In this document: one piece after another, positions 1 through 10,836 of the stretch | Numbering within the stretch: the stretch's first letter is position 1 | Layout of the letters: each line of letters begins with the position of its first letter | IMG/VR virus record: IMGVR_UViG_3300035698_017497 | Span: 1 to 64,000 of that record | Direction: 5' to 3' (one strand) | Source: a virus | DNA length: 64,000 nucleotides | Position numbers and translations under genes: made by a program | The notes under the pieces: model-generated | What the model saw: the letters and a program-made list of their open reading frames with translations, nothing else | What the model was told of the DNA's origin: nothing | Databases searched by the model: none

Positions 1-560
1 ACTTTTGTTTCGCAATAGCCCATTTCGCTGGCTCTTTCTAAATAAAGAACTGCGAGAGTTTCCATGTCTTTTATGACTTTGTTGACTTCTTCATACAATT
101 TTTCCTTTTCCATCTCTATACCTCCGGTTCAATGATTGTTTTACTGCAAAATGGACACTGGCTCATCCCTGAACTAGTGGGAGCTCCTCCACCCACAACG
201 TTGTATGTCATCCTCTATTTCTCTCTACTAATTTATTAATTATTAGTACCTGTTAATTATCAATGGGTTACATTTATATTCTGCTTATGCAGGCAGTTTG
301 GTACTAATCCTCTTTATGGGCTACCGGTGACGTCACAAGGACATGAAACTGGTACTGAGTTTATATCTTCAATATCAAAGCACCTGCAAGCTGGTTGCTC
401 GTATGGTTTGAGCTTCTGGTCTTTATAGCACTCTATTGGGCTTGTCATCCTCTAACCCCTTTCTGGTTTGACTACTTTTGTAGGCAACGATAACACCCAT
501 CTTTCAAGTGACAACAAGTTTCCCATTCTCCTTTTGTTTATTTATTTGAATGCCAAAACT

Positions 561-869
561 TCAACTCTTCAATATACTGTTATAAGGCTTGTCGGTGTGG
601 TAATCACAATAGTCGTCAGTTGTTTTAGTTGGTAATTCAACTCCACATAATATTGAACCAGCATGAGCTAAATGTACCATATTCTTCTTACCTCTTTCGA
701 GGGCCTTTATAAGATTGTCAACATCCTTCCAATCTATGAAGACGTGTTCGGTTCCGCCCTCGCATATATCTACCCCGCTATTGTCCACGAGCACGTAGCT
801 ATCTTCCTGGAAGAAGATTTTTGTAGCTGATTTTGCTTGTCTTACATCTAGAATTGCCATTCCTTCCAC
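561..869 (-). CDS. hypothetical phage protein
   Basis: ORF in the minus-strand small-gene cluster; no recognisable motif; C-terminus may be frameshifted. Confidence 0.45.
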   Translation of the reverse strand: MEGMAILDVRQAKSATKIFFQEDSYVLVDNSGVDICEGGTEHVFIDWKDVDNLIKALERGKKNMVHLAHAGSILCGVELPTKTTDDYCDYHTDKPYNSILKS

Positions 870-1157
870 CTTTCATATGGTTTATTTTGGTAACGAAATC
901 TGCTTCGTTACCAAAACATTATTTGACCTACATATGTTAACAATATTCCTCCAGTTCATTTTTAATAATTTTCTTATCATTCTGTCTCCGACGCTTTCTT
1001 CGGTCTTCTTTAATCTCTTCGGTGGTGACGTAGTGAGCCATATTAGAATGGCCCACTTTCCCACCTTGCCCTTGCTGAGATTTTACAATCTGAGCATAGG
1101 GTATCATCACTAACACCTGTGTATCTCGATATATTCTTTTTATGCTTCATTATACTT

Positions 1158-1523
1158 TTATCGATCCATTCTATTTTTTGATTTATAGCCTGAGTCTTCA
1201 GACCAGTTGCCAAGCGTCCAGCTATATGGTCTGCTTATTTTACAGCTATCGAAGGATGTAATAAACTCACACCCGTGGCATAAGCATACTTTATTGTAAA
1301 AGTTTTCATTCCTGCGTTTTCTGCAAACTCTCTGTAAACTCTCAGCTGAGTTCATCCTATTTCTTGCGGGCATAGACTTTTTAAGTAAGTCTTGCCCCTC
1401 ATCGTGAGAATCTTTAAATCTATTAGTTGAATTGCACGCAATCATATGTTCTCCTGCCTCTAACTTTATTCCCATGTTAATCAATTCCATTCTATTCAAT
1501 ATTATCCAGTAATGGCTTATCAT
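1158..1523 (-). CDS. hypothetical protein (Cys-containing)
   Basis: 121 aa ORF, co-oriented with neighbours. Confidence 0.45.
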   Translation of the reverse strand: MISHYWIILNRMELINMGIKLEAGEHMIACNSTNRFKDSHDEGQDLLKKSMPARNRMNSAESLQRVCRKRRNENFYNKVCLCHGCEFITSFDSCKISRPYSWTLGNWSEDSGYKSKNRMDR

Positions 1524-1572
1524 TATTTCTAGCCTTAGCCTTAAACTGATTTAAGAGATAATTTGTAAATAC

Positions 1573-1833
1573 TTATCTTTTCTTTTTCTTCACAGAACCA
1601 AATCTTCGGTTCTGTCTTCCTGTCCAAGTTATCTTGTCGAAGTTCTTAGCTCTATATTCGGCTATTTTTATCCAAGCTTCCTCGGTGATATAATCAGGAA
1701 TCTCTCTACTTGAATATAGAATAGCTTCCTTATAAAGCTTTACTTCTCCAATTTCCCTCCCGGTTTTGGTCAGACTTATGATAGCCTTTATGTTTCCGGG
1801 GGTTATCGTGTATATGCTTCTTTTTTTAGCCAA
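1573..1833 (-). CDS. hypothetical basic protein
   Basis: AGGAGG RBS upstream of a TTG start; 86 aa. Confidence 0.6.
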   Translation of the reverse strand: MAKKRSIYTITPGNIKAIISLTKTGREIGEVKLYKEAILYSSREIPDYITEEAWIKIAEYRAKNFDKITWTGRQNRRFGSVKKKKR

Positions 1834-1900
1834 TACGGCACCTCCTGTTAGTTGTTATTACTGCAACATTAACCAATATAAATAATTTTCTCCTGTAAAC

Positions 1901-2209
1901 CTATTCAGAATAAAGTTTCGGTTGCTTTGAAATAAACCTATCGCCATCTTCAAGATTGCGAGTAGACCTGATGCACTTGCCACATTCATCCCCATCATTC
2001 CAGCACAATGGGGTCCTGTTACAGTCTGGCGGCATGTTGAAGGTCTGATCGATCCATGTCTTGAAATCGATATTCCCTTCAGGCTAGTGTTCTTCGTCCC
2101 ACCCCTTTTCCATCTGCCCCTGCTTAAGAGCTTCAAATATTTTCTCAGCATAGGGCTCGTCAACATTGATCACAAAATATTTACGATCGCTTTTCATTTG
2201 CTTGGACAT
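1901..2209 (-). pseudogene. small phage gene interrupted by an in-frame TAG
   Basis: AGGAG RBS + ATG at 2209 gives MSKQMKSDRKYFVINVDEPYAEKIFEALKQGQMEKGWDEEH*PEGNIDFKTW...; TAG at 2084-2086; frame stays open to 1901. The ORF-track call 1858..2166 is the shadow frame. Confidence 0.6.
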
Positions 2210-2222
2210 GTCATTCTCCTAT

Positions 2223-2861
2223 TATAATTCATCAGGTGAAAGTGGTGTAGACGCATCAAGTATAGCGTCTATATTTTTATGTACTGTAAATAAACTGTGA
2301 GACAGTGGCAGCTCCTTATGTATCTTAGCCTGGACAAATTCAAACATGGTGTTCTCGCTTACCAGTATGTAAGATCGGCCATATGAATATTAGCCTCCAT
2401 GTGATTATTTACATCAAGAGCTAAGTCGTTCTCTTCCATTATCCTGCGATCAATATTTACTCTTTCGACATCGATGGCGCGGTTAGCAGGTTCCGGAGAC
2501 CCTACCCAGTCAATTTGGTTCCAATCCTGTCTGAGTCCAGCGAGATCTAGAGGCTCTACAAGTCCAGTATGGCCTGCATTAAGCTGCGTTATCGTATAGT
2601 CGCTCATGCGAAGATGCACACCACGAAACACACTTGAATCAGTGCAATTTCTTAACTCGGCTATGTAGGGTATAGCAGCTCGCATAAACTCTGGTCTCTA
2701 CGGCCAGTATTGTACAGAGCTATGACTCTAAGGTAATTTGCAGCGTTAGCGCCACGATGCTTAAAGTTAACTTTTTCATCCTTAAGAAGTCTGATTATCT
2801 CCGACCACATTTCACGGTGTAATTTCAGCGCCTCTGCTTTTAATAGTCTTTTTTTAGCCAT
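2223..2861 (-). pseudogene. frameshifted hypothetical gene (three consecutive protein-like frames)
   Basis: ORF 2661..2861 overlaps ORF 2359..2685 at AGT TTA TGC / TTT ATG CGA; a third frame continues YILVSENTMFEFVQAKIHKELP...SPDEL* to ~2223. Confidence 0.45.
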
Positions 2862-2916
2862 TCATACCTTCTTTCCAGGTTGGTGAATAAGGGCAGATCT
2901 CTCTACCCTTATCAGG

Positions 2917-3265
2917 TTATCTTACAGTTCTGTTAGTCGTTAGAAACTTATTGTTATCAAACACATACACCCCCGGAAGCCTCATACTATTACGCATTGT
3001 CCTACCGAGAACGCTATACGTATTCATATTACCATTCACGTTATTACTATGAACGATATTATACTGAGGCTTAGTAGACACCGGACCCATATCAAATGCT
3101 TTCATGATATCTTCATATAAGGTTGTTGCAGTACCCCCATGATGCTCCATACCCGGCATCTTTTTTGTATGATTCTTCGTAACTGTACGAAGCAAAAAGT
3201 CCGTCAACTTCACTGGCGTATGGTGCACAACATAATAGCACCAAGATAAAAATTAGATGTTTCAT
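2917..3265 (-). pseudogene. frameshifted gene with signal-peptide-like N-terminus
   Basis: ATG at 3265 gives MKHLIFILVLLCCAPYASEVDG... which stops after ~50 aa; the protein-like sequence continues in the frame of ORF 2917..3228. Confidence 0.4.
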
Positions 3266-3305
3266 AGTAGAAACCTTTCGTTAGAAAAAAAATAGTTTAA
3301 TTATA

Positions 3306-3318
3306 TCACTATTATTAT
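3306..3318 (-). promoter_or_regulatory. putative phage promoter motif ATAATAATAGTGA (copy 1)
   Basis: exact 13-mer also at 17482, 49740 and 56187, always intergenic and upstream of minus-strand units; resembles an extended -10 element. Confidence 0.6.
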
Positions 3319-3334
3319 TCCACAAATGATTCAT

Positions 3335-3877
3335 TTATAATTGTTTTTGTGGGAATCTTTGGTAGAATTCTCTTACTATCCTATCAAGATCTACCGGATG
3401 ATAATTCTCATCCTCCATAGATATAAGGTATTGACGATTATCAAAATCGCAATCAATGTGCCTATTTCTATTATTGTGAAGATGCCCATGGATATTAAGG
3501 GTATGTCTGCTGCTGACTACCGGCTTGTGTGTAAAGATAATTCTATGACCATGCTTATCCATTACCATCTCGTCGGCGCAGAAATCAAAGCCATGCTCGA
3601 TGTACCAAAAGTGTGATTTACTAAGGTCGTGGTTCCCGCGAATTAGCCAGACTGTAGCTCCACAACAAGCCTCCATAAACTGGTCAGTCCAGTAAGTTGC
3701 TCTGTTCCAGACGAGATCTCCGAGATGTATTACGATATCGCAAGGCCTAATGCATTGAGTCATAGCCGCCAGAATTTGAGTCTCGAACGTTTTAGGCCTG
3801 AAACCTCTTTCTATTAATCTATCGTACCCGAGGTGAGTGTCGGCCACTATCCATATTTTCCTTCTGTCAACACCCAT
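3335..3877 (-). CDS. calcineurin-like metallophosphoesterase
   Basis: motifs DTHLG, HLGD, GNHD, FTH, HGHLH. Confidence 0.9.
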   Translation of the reverse strand: MGVDRRKIWIVADTHLGYDRLIERGFRPKTFETQILAAMTQCIRPCDIVIHLGDLVWNRATYWTDQFMEACCGATVWLIRGNHDLSKSHFWYIEHGFDFCADEMVMDKHGHRIIFTHKPVVSSRHTLNIHGHLHNNRNRHIDCDFDNRQYLISMEDENYHPVDLDRIVREFYQRFPQKQL

Positions 3878-3892
3878 TTTAACTCCTTAGTT

Positions 3893-3920
3893 AAAAAAAA
3901 AGGGCACGTAAGCGCCCCTT
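3893..3920 (-). terminator. intrinsic terminator
   Basis: GGGCGC/GTGCCC hairpin followed by a T-run on the minus strand. Confidence 0.6.
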
Positions 3921-3924
3921 TAAA

Positions 3925-4131
3925 TTATTCCCCCATCAACAACCATATCAATACGCTTGTAACTGCTCCGCCAAAATATACAAAGTTAAGGTTTATATTT
4001 TCCGGGTGCGCATTGGTGACAAAAGTCATAAAGATTAATATTCCAATTGTTGATATTGCAGCTCCTATCGAATTCATTGTTTTTGCCTTTTTGTTTGAGT
4101 CCGTTATTTCCCCCCATCCATACCATAACAA
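3925..4131 (-). CDS. small membrane protein
   Basis: two hydrophobic segments. Confidence 0.55.
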   Translation of the reverse strand: MLWYGWGEITDSNKKAKTMNSIGAAISTIGILIFMTFVTNAHPENINLNFVYFGGAVTSVLIWLLMGE

Positions 4132-4406
4132 TCAGAGAGCAGATCAATGCCTTCTTGATCCTTAACTATATCAGCCTCATCTCTCCTTATTATAGAGCAA
4201 TCTTCAATCTCTTTTCCGAAAAGGCTTGGGTAATTTGCAAACTTGAAATCATTTACTATCTCTTCAAGCATTATAGCATTGCTTCCATACCCAATAAGCT
4301 TTAATGCTCTCTTACATGCTTCCATCCTATCGCCATCGTTCTCGGCAATACAGATACTGTTTACTAATCCTATGAGTATCCTATTGTCACAATATTCTCT
4401 TTTCAT
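4104..4406 (-). CDS. hypothetical protein
   Basis: GAGG RBS; overlaps neighbours operon-style. Confidence 0.6.
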   Translation of the reverse strand: MKREYCDNRILIGLVNSICIAENDGDRMEACKRALKLIGYGSNAIMLEEIVNDFKFANYPSLFGKEIEDCSIIRRDEADIVKDQEGIDLLSDCYGMDGGK

Positions 4407-4633
4407 GTTTCCTCTTTTGAGATTAGTCTACACGCTACTAGCGAGACCCATGATATCATAAATACTACCATGGCCATCGCTGTGATGTTGAGCAAAATAC
4501 CTATAGTCTCAACGCCTTCTACTGATGAAGCTCCGGGAGTATGGTCTGCTCCAACTAAAAACGCCATACCAATGGCGACTGCTATAGCTGATCCATTTTC
4601 CATAAATTTAAGAACCTGCATTATCTTCTTCAT
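4403..4633 (-). CDS. small membrane protein
   Basis: AGGAG RBS before ATG 4633; two hydrophobic helices. Confidence 0.55.
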   Translation of the reverse strand: MKKIMQVLKFMENGSAIAVAIGMAFLVGADHTPGASSVEGVETIGILLNITAMAMVVFMISWVSLVACRLISKEET

Positions 4634-4817
4634 TTTTCTCCTTTCCAATGAGTGCCGGCCCAAGCTTGTCATCCGCTTGGGACAGCATATTTTCTCTTAC
4701 CATCATATCATTCATAAGCGTACCAACAGTTCTAAGAGTCATAGACTGTGGATCTGGTTGGCACCATCTGAACTTTTGCTCATTGAAGAACGATGTCCAC
4801 ATTCTTTCGTAGTTCAT
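4608..4817 (-). CDS. hypothetical protein
   Basis: ATGA overlap with the upstream gene. Confidence 0.5.
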   Translation of the reverse strand: MNYERMWTSFFNEQKFRWCQPDPQSMTLRTVGTLMNDMMVRENMLSQADDKLGPALIGKEKNEEDNAGS

Positions 4818-5119
4818 GATATCTCAGTTTCCGACATTGCCATCGAATCCCTATACTTAACAGTAAGCCTTTCGAGTTCGAACTTAGCCTTGTTGATAAT
4901 TATTCTTGAGTTGTACAGCCCGCCTATTCTACCATTGTTGCAAATGGCATTGTCTAAAATGCCTAGAGCTGAGATAATATTGAGAAGCTGAACAGTATCC
5001 TTAGATACTACAAAGTGCTCCTTTGAACAGGTGCAGTTACATGCTCCACATACACGATCCTCGCCTTTCGGGAAGATGGAAATTTCACTCTTACAGCTCG
5101 GACATTCCAATATAGACAT
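4814..5119 (-). CDS. zinc-ribbon protein
   Basis: GGAG RBS before ATG 5119; CPSC...CGAC. Confidence 0.6.
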   Translation of the reverse strand: MSILECPSCKSEISIFPKGEDRVCGACNCTCSKEHFVVSKDTVQLLNIISALGILDNAICNNGRIGGLYNSRIIINKAKFELERLTVKYRDSMAMSETEIS

Positions 5120-5135
5120 AGCGTCTCCCTTTATA

Positions 5136-5345
5136 TTATTTAAGTCTCTCGGTGAGTGTAGCAACTTCTGCCTTGGCAAGTTCTAGCGATCTGTCGATGT
5201 TGTTCTTGTCCCACTTATTGCCTCTAACTGTTCCAATGTTTTTTTCGTCTAGTGAAGCAAGTGCAGTTTCGTACTCTGTAACGTTTTGCTGTCTGCGTAC
5301 TAATGTTCTTTCAAGTCTGTCTCTTTCAATTGACATCTTTAACAC
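5136..5345 (-). CDS. hypothetical coiled-coil protein
   Basis: ORF with a heptad-like pattern. Confidence 0.55.
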   Translation of the reverse strand: MLKMSIERDRLERTLVRRQQNVTEYETALASLDEKNIGTVRGNKWDKNNIDRSLELAKAEVATLTERLK

Positions 5346-5357
5346 CTTTAATTTGAG

Positions 5358-5714
5358 TTATCCTATAAAACCATATACTGCTACTATATTACCATATTTA
5401 TCTCTTATGGAATTGTGCGTGTCTGGAGCAACGCAATCTGTTCTGCCAAGTATCTTTGCTACTTCGTGAGTAATGCATGAAACTACATAAACAACATTAT
5501 CCTCAGGATCCGGCAAGTCCTTTAAATATGGCTTACTGGCTCTTGTCACTACTGGTATTCCATTGATATTGCCCTTAGGATTATCCTCTGGAACTGACCT
5601 TGCAGAGCCCATCGACGGAAGATTGATAGTTTTATCACCTACCAAGATCCTTACAACGTGAGGTGTGTAGTTGAGAAGCTTTACTGGCTTTTTTACTTCT
5701 TCTTTTTTATGCAT
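5358..5714 (-). CDS. conserved hypothetical phage protein (N-[LY]-TPH family)
   Basis: NYTPHVVRI...LPDPEDNVVYVVS...RTDCVAP...RDKYGNI pattern. Confidence 0.7.
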   Translation of the reverse strand: MHKKEEVKKPVKLLNYTPHVVRILVGDKTINLPSMGSARSVPEDNPKGNINGIPVVTRASKPYLKDLPDPEDNVVYVVSCITHEVAKILGRTDCVAPDTHNSIRDKYGNIVAVYGFIG

Positions 5715-6081
5715 TTGGGTTTACCTTTTTTTGATTCATACTTTTTCGTCCCGCTACTTGTGGGCATACGTCCCCATCCTGCAGTACGAGTTGTTATGAA
5801 TTTCAATAGTTTAGTTATCACTTTGATTCCTTTCAATTATAAGTAAAAATGGTTTACCGGGAACCCCCGGCAAAAGGGATTTTTGTAAAATTATCATCAT
5901 GCTGTTTTCTGCACAATAATTAGTGTTAGTATTCGCTACAGGCGACGAATTCTCCATTACACTTTACCCTTTCCGTTGAGAGTGGAGTTTAGATAAATAT
6001 TGTTGTTGTAAGACTAGAGTAACAGTCAGTATTTCCGTCACTCTAGTTGTAATCATTAAGCAATTTTAAGCAATTTTAAAT

Positions 6082-6573
6082 CTATTTTTTGTTATTCTTT
6101 TTTTTGTCTTCAAGATCCTCGAAGTACTTAGACATGTCGACGCCGGTCTTTTTCATGAGATCGGCCATGTTGTTTTTGGCAACACGTCTGTCGATTTTTG
6201 GGTTGGCATAGTTAGGTCCAAAGAACTGAGGATTCTTAACCAGGTGCCATAGTCCAGCATCGGAAATCGATCTGACTATTTTCTTGATGACATCGACCGA
6301 TCGTACAAGTCTAGTCTCGATATGTCCAGGGAAGATATAGCTTGAGAACATACTCTCGAATACTGCTTTAGGAGGAGATATTTTAAGTCCACCACCTACG
6401 ATTTCAATGTCGAATGAGTAGAACTTATCAACTTTACCACCGGATCCTTTTCCGTTGGTTCCTCGGACTGTGAATAAGTCTTTGCTAACATGTGCCACAT
6501 GGTACTTGCGGCCTGACTTCGCTCTACACCCTGTCAAACCCATGATTCCATCTTCAACTTTTTGTCTGTTCAC
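6082..6573 (-). CDS. hypothetical protein
   Basis: 163 aa ORF. Confidence 0.65.
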   Translation of the reverse strand: MNRQKVEDGIMGLTGCRAKSGRKYHVAHVSKDLFTVRGTNGKGSGGKVDKFYSFDIEIVGGGLKISPPKAVFESMFSSYIFPGHIETRLVRSVDVIKKIVRSISDAGLWHLVKNPQFFGPNYANPKIDRRVAKNNMADLMKKTGVDMSKYFEDLEDKKKNNKK

Positions 6574-6607
6574 TGCGGTACCCCTTTTCTGAAAAGTTAA
6601 TAATTAA

Positions 6608-7579
6608 TTATTTAGTACTACGTACTTCTATTGTCCCATTATTGTACTCACACATCTGCAGCTCAAAACCTTTTTTGTTAAATGCATCAATAAAACCCTG
6701 CAGGAGGTCTGCTCCACTCATCTTCTCCAACTGCTTTCTATCGAATGCCATTAAGCTTTCGTAGAACTGGCACGTTACAATATTTGAAATTACGGGATTA
6801 CTAGCTACTACTGCTACTGGCTTTGATACTTTAGCTATACACTCCTTAGTGGTTTTGGTAAATCTCGAGAAGTCGCTTGTGCTCACATTTATTCCGGTTA
6901 GTGACATGAACTTTTTGCGCGTTATTGTTATACCATTTATTATTAGCGATGATAATATTGTTCTCCATTCCTGACTTGGAGAGAATTGCACGTATCTGCT
7001 TGATGGATTAAGCGATACGCCAATCTTTTTAGCTATTTTAACTGAGCAACCGTGTAGATATGATGAACTAGTGTAGAGTTTACTTTTACTATCAAATAAT
7101 TTTTTAACAACATCCTGAGATGGTGTTCGTCTAAATGTTGATATAAAATCCTCTAATATAAATTCTTCTGATTTGCTTAATTTGTTAATATGATGTACTC
7201 GTTTTATTAATTGTACATCATTTTTCTTCTCAAATTTAACAGCTAGATAGGTAGAACGGTTATATTCACTTTTACTAGCATCTCTTTTCAAAAGATTACT
7301 AAGCTCTTTGGTACTAGGTACTGCTTTATTATTTTCAAAAAAAATGTTAAGGTTTGCGATATCCGTATCGCTTAAGCTTGATTTTTGGGCATTTTTTTCA
7401 AGTTTTATTCCATTCTCACTAGCTATTTTGCACACCAGCTTCTCTATCGTAGTTCGGTGAGAAGTTTTTCCAACAAATTTAGATTTAAATTCAGCCAATC
7501 TTGGATATTTCTTATACTTAATCACGAAATCACTTAACCATTTGTGTTGCGCTTTCGTGATGACCGTTCGCTTTCCCAT
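6608..7579 (-). CDS. Lys-rich protein with internal repeats, possibly DNA-binding
   Basis: 323 aa, GGAGG RBS; repeated helical segments (LSDFV..P, LNIFF..P, LEDFI..TP). Confidence 0.65.
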   Translation of the reverse strand: MGKRTVITKAQHKWLSDFVIKYKKYPRLAEFKSKFVGKTSHRTTIEKLVCKIASENGIKLEKNAQKSSLSDTDIANLNIFFENNKAVPSTKELSNLLKRDASKSEYNRSTYLAVKFEKKNDVQLIKRVHHINKLSKSEEFILEDFISTFRRTPSQDVVKKLFDSKSKLYTSSSYLHGCSVKIAKKIGVSLNPSSRYVQFSPSQEWRTILSSLIINGITITRKKFMSLTGINVSTSDFSRFTKTTKECIAKVSKPVAVVASNPVISNIVTCQFYESLMAFDRKQLEKMSGADLLQGFIDAFNKKGFELQMCEYNNGTIEVRSTK

Positions 7580-7638
7580 AAAACCTCCTTATTAAAAAAT
7601 TAAAGCGCTGACCATATTTCAGATCAGCGCTGTTCAGC

Positions 7639-9015
7639 TTACATCCAGTAAGCTCTGTATTTTATAGGGGTCAGCTTATTAATATTTGGAATCGGATCCA
7701 TAAGCATTCCCACTACTACGCCGAATGTGCGCACGTCGTTTATTTTAACAAAAACAACAAAGCCATCATTCTTGAAGCCAGTCAAAGTCTCGACTTCCCC
7801 ACTGGAAATATCGAAGTAGCTTACAGCGTTGTGCTTGCATGTCGACTTGACTTCGAAGGCCATCTTGCAACCTTCTCGATTTACTTCTACATCGTACCCA
7901 GCCATAGGGCGGTCAATGCTTATATGCTCAACACTGTCGCCCTTTTTGCAATAGCTTTTTTTTAGATACTGCTCCACTCCGCATTCGCCGAACCCACCTG
8001 TATAAGAATTAAAGTCATCCTTGTACAGGGACATAAGTTTGCTGTTAAGCGTACATGGCTTAGGCTGTAAAGCATCCTTGATTGGTGCGATAATTCTATC
8101 ATGACTCTTATTAAGATTGAGTAGAGTAAATCTAGAATATGGCTCATCGATAACAGGTATGTAATTATGATTACCCTTAAAGGCTTTTTTGAGCTTGTTG
8201 GAGTATTCATACTCACCGAAGTTAGCTATGTGACGACTTTCGATATTGTAATCCTGATTGTCGGAAGATGCTGTTCCAATACAGTTATCGTCTGCCGGAT
8301 CTTCTTTCAAGCTGGTTATTACGATCTCGCCAGGAACACCGTCTATGCATCCGCTGAGCTCTTCCATATGAACACGCCCGGATAGTTCGATGGAGTAATC
8401 ATGGAGCCTACGCACATCCATATTGGTACTTCTAACTTTCCATTCTGTTTCAAGAAAACTACCGCCGTCGACTTTTATGCCGGCAGTATTGATCTTCTTC
8501 CTTCCAGAGAGTAGGGTATCGATAAGGGCTACGGTCTGGCGTATTAGTCTAACATTTTCGAGATGATCTGGGATCTTATAGCCGTCATTCTCAAACTCAA
8601 CGATAGCATCGCAAAGTGCGTTATACGAGTCTCTGAGCCCAACTATTCCTTTTTCGATTCTTACATCTCTAGCCTTTTTGATTACTTTCACTGGAGACAT
8701 AATGATGCCATCGTACACATCGCTGTCCAATGCGTACTTTAAATCTTTCCAGAACATCTCACTATCAAGAGTCGTACGCATTTCTGCTGCAAAGTTTTTT
8801 GCGGCTCTACTTAAGGCTATGAGCATATGGTTAACTTTAACCTCATGCTTGTACTCATTTTCCTTTTTCTTGAGGAGCTTACTTGCTTCCTCAGACGTTC
8901 CTTTGCCTCTCTCAAATCCTCTCTCGAGTGATGGTACTACTGAAAAATCAGTAGTGTCATGCATTTTTCTCATACCGGCTCTGGTAAACCTGTATACTTT
9001 TTTTGCTGTTTTCAC
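7639..9015 (-). CDS. protein with C-terminal DUF3883-like PD-(D/E)XK nuclease domain
   Basis: GE..VEQYL...GYDVEV...FEVKST...FDISSGE motif series. Confidence 0.7.
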   Translation of the reverse strand: MKTAKKVYRFTRAGMRKMHDTTDFSVVPSLERGFERGKGTSEEASKLLKKKENEYKHEVKVNHMLIALSRAAKNFAAEMRTTLDSEMFWKDLKYALDSDVYDGIIMSPVKVIKKARDVRIEKGIVGLRDSYNALCDAIVEFENDGYKIPDHLENVRLIRQTVALIDTLLSGRKKINTAGIKVDGGSFLETEWKVRSTNMDVRRLHDYSIELSGRVHMEELSGCIDGVPGEIVITSLKEDPADDNCIGTASSDNQDYNIESRHIANFGEYEYSNKLKKAFKGNHNYIPVIDEPYSRFTLLNLNKSHDRIIAPIKDALQPKPCTLNSKLMSLYKDDFNSYTGGFGECGVEQYLKKSYCKKGDSVEHISIDRPMAGYDVEVNREGCKMAFEVKSTCKHNAVSYFDISSGEVETLTGFKNDGFVVFVKINDVRTFGVVVGMLMDPIPNINKLTPIKYRAYWM

Positions 9016-9200
9016 TGTGCTTCCTTCCTTTTGGGTTAAAAAACAATTATATTAACTATCAGATCCACCGTACAAGTGATTGTACAGCGCAGCCAATACA
9101 GATACTGCTAAAAGTCCAACAATTATAAAGGCGATCTTTAACATGAACGACTCCTTTCTTTCTTTAAAAATGTTTAAACCTCTACCATTATTAGTATTCC

Positions 9201-10550
9201 ATGAATGATTCAATAATAACAGCAATTCCGATTCCTCACCTATGTGAAGCCACTATAATAGCACATGCTGTGGAGCATAACACTTGGGACGTTCTTGTAT
9301 TGCAATCACCGCTAGGTCAATTCGAAGGACCGCTAAGGGCTGGGTTATTACATTCTGGGGAGGCTGAAAATTATAAAGTTGGAGATTTTGTGAAGGTGCT
9401 GATCTACTTCACATTTAATCCGGAAGAAGGTAAGTACGAAGGAGAAGTTGCAAGCGAAGACGTTAACATAATGGGTAAGTACGATGTGCCGCCTCTTTGT
9501 GGGGTAACCATGAAAGAGGTTTATGAGGATGAGATTAAATACCTCCACCCTAAATCTCAAACCGGGCTTATCACTACTGATTTTGGAAGAGTCATCTTGA
9601 AGAGTTACGGAATATCAACAACATTGAACCCGTTTGGAAATGGCACTAATAGATACTCCAATATTTCCGTTGCTCAAAACTTTCATAGAATAATTGGACA
9701 AAACCCACCAGCATATTTGGCAAGAGAACATTTCGGACTGTTTTCCGGAAAAGACCAAGATGACATTGCTATGAATTCAATGCCTGATGAACAGTATCTT
9801 GTTTATAGGCGTTTTGTGACGCAGACTAAGAATCCAGACAACTGGGTGTCTACATGCGAGGGATCATACGCTCCATTCCTGGGCGCTAACAATGATACCG
9901 AAGTCGTAGAGCAGTACAAAGATGCTGTATTCGCTAAAATAATCAACACAGATATGATACGAGCTACTATGCTCGTTGGTGAACCTGGAGCAGATTACCT
10001 AACTCTCAGGATAGACAAGGTTATACTTGGCGAAAAAACAATACCGGTAACCAACGGTATGACTCCTGGAGTCGTTGGTAATCTTTTTAAGATATCAATA
10101 TCAGAAGATGGTGATTTAGTTATTAGAGGTGGCGGAAAGGGTATTCCAGGGGCAAATATTAATGCATTTGCTATCGAAGCTACTAAAGATGGCGAGGTAA
10201 AGGTGCAGGCTAAGGGCAACATAACCCTGACTCATGGCGATGCTGACGAAGTGCTAAACTCAATAGTGATGGATCCTAAAAAAGGAATAGACATAACTGC
10301 CAAGAACGGATTCAGAGTAAATGATGTTCCATTGGTTAATCAGAATTTCCTCGACTGGATGGATCAGAATCAAACAAATTTATGTCAAGTTACTTCTCCT
10401 GGTGGCCCGGCCCCCATTCACCCTGCAGCTCTCCCGACATTTGTAAAAGGTGTTAAGTCGCCTATGACTGCTAAGGGATTCACCACAGATGACAAAGGTG
10501 CTCCTGGGACTGGGATAATTGCAGACGTAGATATATTCGTAACAACTTAA
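9201..10550 (+). CDS. putative baseplate spike / gp5-gpV-like protein
   Basis: OB-fold-like N-terminus (VGDFVKV), beta-helix-like C-terminal strands, Pro/His-rich tip. Confidence 0.5.
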   Translation: MNDSIITAIPIPHLCEATIIAHAVEHNTWDVLVLQSPLGQFEGPLRAGLLHSGEAENYKVGDFVKVLIYFTFNPEEGKYEGEVASEDVNIMGKYDVPPLCGVTMKEVYEDEIKYLHPKSQTGLITTDFGRVILKSYGISTTLNPFGNGTNRYSNISVAQNFHRIIGQNPPAYLAREHFGLFSGKDQDDIAMNSMPDEQYLVYRRFVTQTKNPDNWVSTCEGSYAPFLGANNDTEVVEQYKDAVFAKIINTDMIRATMLVGEPGADYLTLRIDKVILGEKTIPVTNGMTPGVVGNLFKISISEDGDLVIRGGGKGIPGANINAFAIEATKDGEVKVQAKGNITLTHGDADEVLNSIVMDPKKGIDITAKNGFRVNDVPLVNQNFLDWMDQNQTNLCQVTSPGGPAPIHPAALPTFVKGVKSPMTAKGFTTDDKGAPGTGIIADVDIFVTT

Positions 10551-10560
10551 AGGGGGATAT

Positions 10561-10836
10561 ATGCCCATCATCAAAAGAACAGTGTCGCCCTTAGGATTAT
10601 CAATCCAGAGTGGCATTAAGAGTTTTATATCCGCAAACGCTAAGTCGATGGAAAACGACGCTACTGTTGAAGATGGAGCTGACGCATTGGGACATGCGAT
10701 AGCTTACGGTATAGCCAAAGGATTGGCTAGCACCTCGATGCAAGCAGCTTTCACAGCTGGCATATGTGCACCTGCAGGGGGACCAGTTGGGAGCTTAATC
10801 TTTAATGCACTAAAACCTCAGGCTACAGAAGCTTAA
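10561..10836 (+). CDS. small virion protein, paralog of 11702..12013
   Basis: shares HAIAYGIA and GSL..ALKPQ.TEA. Confidence 0.65.
   Translation: MPIIKRTVSPLGLSIQSGIKSFISANAKSMENDATVEDGADALGHAIAYGIAKGLASTSMQAAFTAGICAPAGGPVGSLIFNALKPQATEA

Noticed and set aside
5850-6080. Possible small structured RNA (CCGGG/CCCGG and ACTAGAGT/ACTCTAGT stems)
   Set aside because: Only isolated hairpins, explainable as terminator or regulatory elements; no array-type motifs.
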